Shown: positions 6,687 through 10,414 of the stretch, one piece after another
Position numbering within the stretch: position 1 is the stretch's first letter
Layout of the letters: every line of letters begins with the position of its first letter
Assembly (NCBI GenBank): GCA_040256005.1
Contig: JBDZWC010000104.1
Coordinates: 1 to 10,414 of the forward strand
Origin: Deinococcaceae bacterium
GTDB lineage: Bacteria > Deinococcota > Deinococci > Deinococcales > Trueperaceae
Length of the DNA: 10,414 nucleotides
Direction: 5' to 3'
Notes under the pieces: model-generated
Database searches by the model: none
Told to the model about the DNA's origin: nothing
Seen by the model: only the letters and a program-made list of their open reading frames with translations
Made by a program: the position numbers and the translations under genes

Positions 6687-8021
6687 ATGTCCTACCGCTT
6701 CGAGACGCTCCAGGTACACGCCGGACAGAGCTTCGACCCCGCGACCAAGTCGCGCGCCGTGCCCATCTACCAGACGACCGCCTTCGGCTTCGACGACGCC
6801 GATCATGCCGCGCGCCTCTTCGCGCTGCAGGAGTTCGGCAACATCTACAGCCGCATCATGAACCCGACGAACGACGTGCTCGAGAAGCGCATCGCCGCGC
6901 TCGAGGGCGGCACGGCAGCGCTGGCGGTAGCCTCCGGGCACGCCGCCGAGTTCCTGACGTTCACGACGCTGGCCGAGGCGGGCGACAACATCGTGGCCTC
7001 GCCGAACCTCTACGGCGGCAGCCGCAACATGCTGTCCGTTACCCTCAAGCGTCTGGGCATCGAGGCCCGGTTCGTTGGCGCCGAGGACGACCCGGCCGAC
7101 TACGCCAGGCTCATCGACGACCGCACCAAGGCTGTCTTCGTCGAGACCATCCCGAACCCCTCCCTCCTGCTGTGCGACCTGCGGGCGATAAGCGACGTGG
7201 CACACGAGCGCGGCGTGGCGGTGGTGGTGGACAACACCACCGCGATGGGCGGCTACCTGTACCGCCCCGTGGACCACGGTGCAGACATCGTCGTGCATTC
7301 CGCGACCAAGTGGATCAACGGGCACGGCACCGGAGTAGGTGGTCTCATCGTCGACCTAGGGACCTTCGACTGGGGCAACGGTCGCTACCCCGGCTTCTCT
7401 GAGCCCAGCCCGAGCTATCACGGCCTCGTCTTCTCCGACGTGTTCGGCAAGGACGGCCCCTTCGGCAACATCGCCTTCGCGATCCGTGCCCGGGTCGAGG
7501 GCCTGCGCGACCAAGGCGCAGCGCTGGCGCCTCAGAACGCCTTCCTGTTCCTGCAGGGGCTCGAGACCCTCAGCCTGAGGGCCGAGCGCCACATCTTCAA
7601 CACGAGGCGGCTCGTCGAGTGGTTCGGCCAGCAGGAGGGTGTGACCCGCGTCGTCTATCCCGAGCTGGAGTCGCACCCCAGCAACCAGCGCGCCAAGTCC
7701 GACTTCCCGCGCGGCGCCGGCGCCGTGTTCAACTTCGAGCTCGAGGGTGGCATACCAGCGGGCAAGGCGTTCCTCGACGCGCTGCAGCTCGCCTCACGCC
7801 TAGTGAACCTCGGCGACGCCAAGACGAGCGTCACCCACCCGGCCAGCACCACGCACTCCCAGCTCTCAGACACCGAGCTCCTCAGCGCCGGCGTCACGCC
7901 TGGCCTCATCCGCGTGTCGCCCGGGATCGAGCACGTGGACGACCTGATCGAGGACTTCTCGCGCGCACTGGAGGCCGCGCGGCGAACGTCTCCGGTCGCT
8001 GCTGACCGTGCCGCCGACTGA
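6687..8021 (+). CDS. metY: O-acetylhomoserine aminocarboxypropyltransferase (O-acetylhomoserine sulfhydrylase), PLP-dependent
   Basis: [35 protein letters not shown] lysine in [11 protein letters not shown], and [25 protein letters not shown] at 6675-6679 precedes ATG 6687 (444 aa). Confidence 0.95.
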   Translation: MSYRFETLQVHAGQSFDPATKSRAVPIYQTTAFGFDDADHAARLFALQEFGNIYSRIMNPTNDVLEKRIAALEGGTAALAVASGHAAEFLTFTTLAEAGDNIVASPNLYGGSRNMLSVTLKRLGIEARFVGAEDDPADYARLIDDRTKAVFVETIPNPSLLLCDLRAISDVAHERGVAVVVDNTTAMGGYLYRPVDHGADIVVHSATKWINGHGTGVGGLIVDLGTFDWGNGRYPGFSEPSPSYHGLVFSDVFGKDGPFGNIAFAIRARVEGLRDQGAALAPQNAFLFLQGLETLSLRAERHIFNTRRLVEWFGQQEGVTRVVYPELESHPSNQRAKSDFPRGAGAVFNFELEGGIPAGKAFLDALQLASRLVNLGDAKTSVTHPASTTHSQLSDTELLSAGVTPGLIRVSPGIEHVDDLIEDFSRALEAARRTSPVAADRAAD

Positions 8022-9261
8022 AGTAGCTACGTTGGATCGGGTCGAGCGCCGGGGCGCCGCGTCAGCGGACTCCCCGGCGCGCACCCTCGTCCATGAGACG
8101 TGGGGTGATCACGCCGCCCTCCTGGCACGCACGCGAGGTCCAGGTGGCGGCTCGGTGGGCCGGGTTCATCCCAAGGTCCTCGACGTCGTCACCCCAGAGG
8201 ACCCCTTGCGCCTGCAACACGGCGGCATCCTGCCGAGCGTCGCGGTCGCCTACGAGGAGTACGGGGAGCGCAACGCCGCCGGCGACAACACGGTGCTCGT
8301 CTGCCACGCCCTCACGGGCTCGGCGCACGCGGCCGGGGTAGGGGACAGGGAAGAGGTCCCTGGCTGGTGGGACCCGCTCATCGGGCCCGGCAAGGCGATC
8401 GACACCGACCGTTTCCACGTGCTTTGCACCAACGTCCTGGGCGGCTGCTACGGCACGACCGGCCCGTCATCGCTGGATCCCTCGACGGGCCGTCCCTACG
8501 GCCCCACGTTCCCGCGCTACACGGTGCGCGACATGGTGGAGGTCCAGAAGCGCCTGCTCGATCGCCTGGAGATCGGTTCGGTGCGAGCGGTCGTGGGCGG
8601 CTCCATGGGCGGCATGCAGGTTCTCGAGTGGGGCGTCATGTACCCGGAGATGGTGCGCGGCCTGGTCCCCATCGCGATAGGTGCGCGCCATTCCGCTTGG
8701 GCCATAGGGCTCAACGAAGTAGCCAGGCGCGCCATCATGTCAGACCCAGCCTGGCAGGGCGGTACCTACCGGATAGATCAGCAGCCCGAGGTGGGTCTTG
8801 GTCTGGCTCGAGCGATCGCGATGCTGACGTACAGGTCGCACGCGTCGGTCGAGGGAAGGTTCGGTAGAGAACGATTTGATAATAAGCACTCGAACGGCCA
8901 AGCAGCTGGCTCCGTGCTCGAGGCTCCGTTCGAGATCGCCAGCTACCTCGCCTACCAGGGCGTCAAGCTCGTCAAGCGCTTCGACGCCAACACGTACCTG
9001 TACCTGACGTTGGCGATGGACGACTACGACATCGGCGAGGGCCGGGGTGGCGTCGACGCTGTGCTGTCCAAGTTGACGATGCCTGCGCTGGTGCTGGGCA
9101 TCGACACCGACGTTCTGTACCCGGAGGCAGAGGCCAAGGCGCTGGCGGAGAGGTTGCCCAGCGCGCGGTACGCGCGCATCGTCTCACCCCACGGACACGA
9201 CGCGTTCCTGATCGAGTTCGACCAGGTGTCAGCGCATCTGAGGCGGTTCCTGGCGAGCTGA
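8008..9261 (+). CDS. metX: Homoserine O-acetyltransferase (alpha/beta hydrolase fold)
   Basis: [35 protein letters not shown], nucleophile [21 protein letters not shown] and HGHDAFL. The GTG start overlaps the end of metY by 14 nt; the exact start is uncertain. Confidence 0.93.
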   Translation: MPPTEVATLDRVERRGAASADSPARTLVHETWGDHAALLARTRGPGGGSVGRVHPKVLDVVTPEDPLRLQHGGILPSVAVAYEEYGERNAAGDNTVLVCHALTGSAHAAGVGDREEVPGWWDPLIGPGKAIDTDRFHVLCTNVLGGCYGTTGPSSLDPSTGRPYGPTFPRYTVRDMVEVQKRLLDRLEIGSVRAVVGGSMGGMQVLEWGVMYPEMVRGLVPIAIGARHSAWAIGLNEVARRAIMSDPAWQGGTYRIDQQPEVGLGLARAIAMLTYRSHASVEGRFGRERFDNKHSNGQAAGSVLEAPFEIASYLAYQGVKLVKRFDANTYLYLTLAMDDYDIGEGRGGVDAVLSKLTMPALVLGIDTDVLYPEAEAKALAERLPSARYARIVSPHGHDAFLIEFDQVSAHLRRFLAS

Positions 9262-9278
9262 CGCCGGGGTGTTCCGGC
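9262..9278 (+). terminator. Short hairpin directly after the metX stop codon
   Basis: CGCCGG-GGTGTT-CCGGCG begins immediately after the TGA, followed by a second weak stem GCCCG...CGGGC. There is no U-tract. Confidence 0.3.
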
Positions 9279-9484
9279 GGCCCGTTCAGCGGCTTCGGGC
9301 GTTAGCGCGTCTAGGGTCGCATGCGGTTTCGGTGGCGACTTCGAGACAGACCACCTGGCACCTCTTTTCGGCGTCGAAGCCACTAACAACCTGGCGCATA
9401 GTCAGAGCGGCGAAGGGAAAGAACGCCGCGTTCCTAGCGGGTCTTTCAGGCAAGTGACGTCTTGCCCTATCAAGTAGGTGCATA

Positions 9485-9679
9485 GTGGCTTTCCCCCGGA
9501 AAAGACATGTGTCCTCCCCGGCCGCGAACGAGACAGCTCCGCCGGAAAAGACATGGGGTGGCCTCCCCCCGGAAAAGACATGTGTCCTCCCAGGCCGCGA
9601 ACGAGACAGCTCCGCCGGAAAGGACATGTGGTGGCTTCCCTCCGGGAAAGGCCTCTCAGGCCACGGACGAGGCAGCGCC
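9485..9679. repeat. 73-bp tandem repeat (two full copies plus a degenerate third) with nested 16-mer CCGGAAAAGACATGTG
   Basis: Units start at 9485, 9558 and 9631; copies 1 and 2 match at 68/73 by hand count. The 16-mer or its variants occur at 9496, 9542, 9569 and 9615, with a partial copy at 9642. Confidence 0.92.
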
Positions 9680-9836
9680 AGGTCGGCGCCAAGCTGCGAC
9701 CAGCCGACCGGCAATATCAGCGGCCGCGCCCATGTAGAGTGTCCGTCGTTCGGCACACTCCACTTACGCGTTAGCCACAGCAGGTCACACCACACAAGCA
9801 AGACAGCGCGGCGACCGCGCACCCACCGGAGGTTCC

Positions 9837-10414
9837 ATGCGTCCTACCTCGCTCCGCCTGCGGTCCGCCGCTCTTGGTCCGCGTCCCAGCGCCGCGCTAG
9901 GATCGCGGCTCCTCATCACGGCATTGCCTCTGCTGCTCGCCGGCTGCGGCGGCGTGACCGCGCCGCCAAAAGCTACCGTCGAGATCCCGGCTCCGAACCC
10001 CATCAGCATCAGCGCGGACGCGGACACCGCTGCCGCCAGTTCGGTGACGGTGCCGCTTAGCGGCGGCACGCTCTCCGCCACAGGGGCAGACGGCACGGTA
10101 TACACGCTCACCATCCCGGCTGATTCGCTCCTCGAGGAAACGGTCGTAACGATGACGCCGCTGACGGGCATCGCCGGGGCGCCGGTGACGGGCCGGGCAC
10201 TGGGCGTACGGTTGGAGCCTCACGGGCTACGGCTCTACCGGGAGGCGACCCTCGACATCGCACCGGCTGACGGCGTGGCGTTCAGCGCCATCGGCTTCGC
10301 CGCTGGCGCTGACGGATCGGACGTCCATCTGGTGCCGCCTATCGTGGCCGGTGACGGCACGAGCGTCTCGTTCCACCTGATGCACTTCTCGGACCATGGC
10401 GGCTTCACCGGCAG
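9837..10414 (+). CDS. Lipoprotein with a ZU5-like domain, 3'-partial (absent from the ORF track)
   Basis: GGAGG at 9828-9832 precedes ATG 9837, and the frame is open to the window end. Signal MRPTSLRLRS...LLITALPLLLAGC with lipobox Cys37 (9945-9947), then GGTLSATGADGTVYTLTIPADSLLEETVVTMTP...VRLEPHGL...ATLDI...LMHFS. Confidence 0.82.
   Translation, partial: MRPTSLRLRSAALGPRPSAALGSRLLITALPLLLAGCGGVTAPPKATVEIPAPNPISISADADTAAASSVTVPLSGGTLSATGADGTVYTLTIPADSLLEETVVTMTPLTGIAGAPVTGRALGVRLEPHGLRLYREATLDIAPADGVAFSAIGFAAGADGSDVHLVPPIVAGDGTSVSFHLMHFSDHGGFTG

Noticed and set aside
6518..7402. 294-aa and other long alternative-frame or antisense ORFs over the real genes
   Set aside because: Arg/Ala/Pro-rich shadow ORFs expected at high GC3, with no motifs.
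9449..9473. IS200/IS605-type right end (hairpin followed by TCAA)
   Set aside because: The stem is only 6 bp, and there is no tnpA/tnpB or matching left end in the window.
9485..9679. CRISPR array
   Set aside because: The repeat is only 16 bp, and the intervening sequences (30 and 11 bp) alternate and are themselves duplicated, not unique. No cas genes are in the window.
9286..10060. ORFs of 76-191 aa spanning the repeat region on both strands
   Set aside because: They are products of a stop-poor, GC-rich 73-bp repeat, with no codon bias or recognisable motifs.

Overview
High-GC bacterial DNA. It is probably Deinococcota, inferred from leaderless TANNNT promoters and from a metY-metX pair resembling the Thermus genes as I recall them. 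The left part holds the 3' half of an astacin (M12A) metallopeptidase gene and a STAND ATPase-TPR gene lacking its N-terminus and Walker A. That gene abuts head-to-head, with no promoter space, an uncharacterised acidic protein with a caspase/gingipain-type His-Cys dyad that also looks 5'-truncated. The middle holds inositol monophosphatase and a class I SAM methyltransferase on the minus strand, both apparently leaderless. A degenerate 23-bp-period repeat array follows, then a SAM-I riboswitch whose P1 strand overlaps the Shine-Dalgarno of a 15-codon uORF, a ~250-nt structured leader, and metY-metX. The right part holds a 73-bp tandem repeat with a nested 16-mer and the 5' part of a ZU5-like lipoprotein gene that the ORF track misses.
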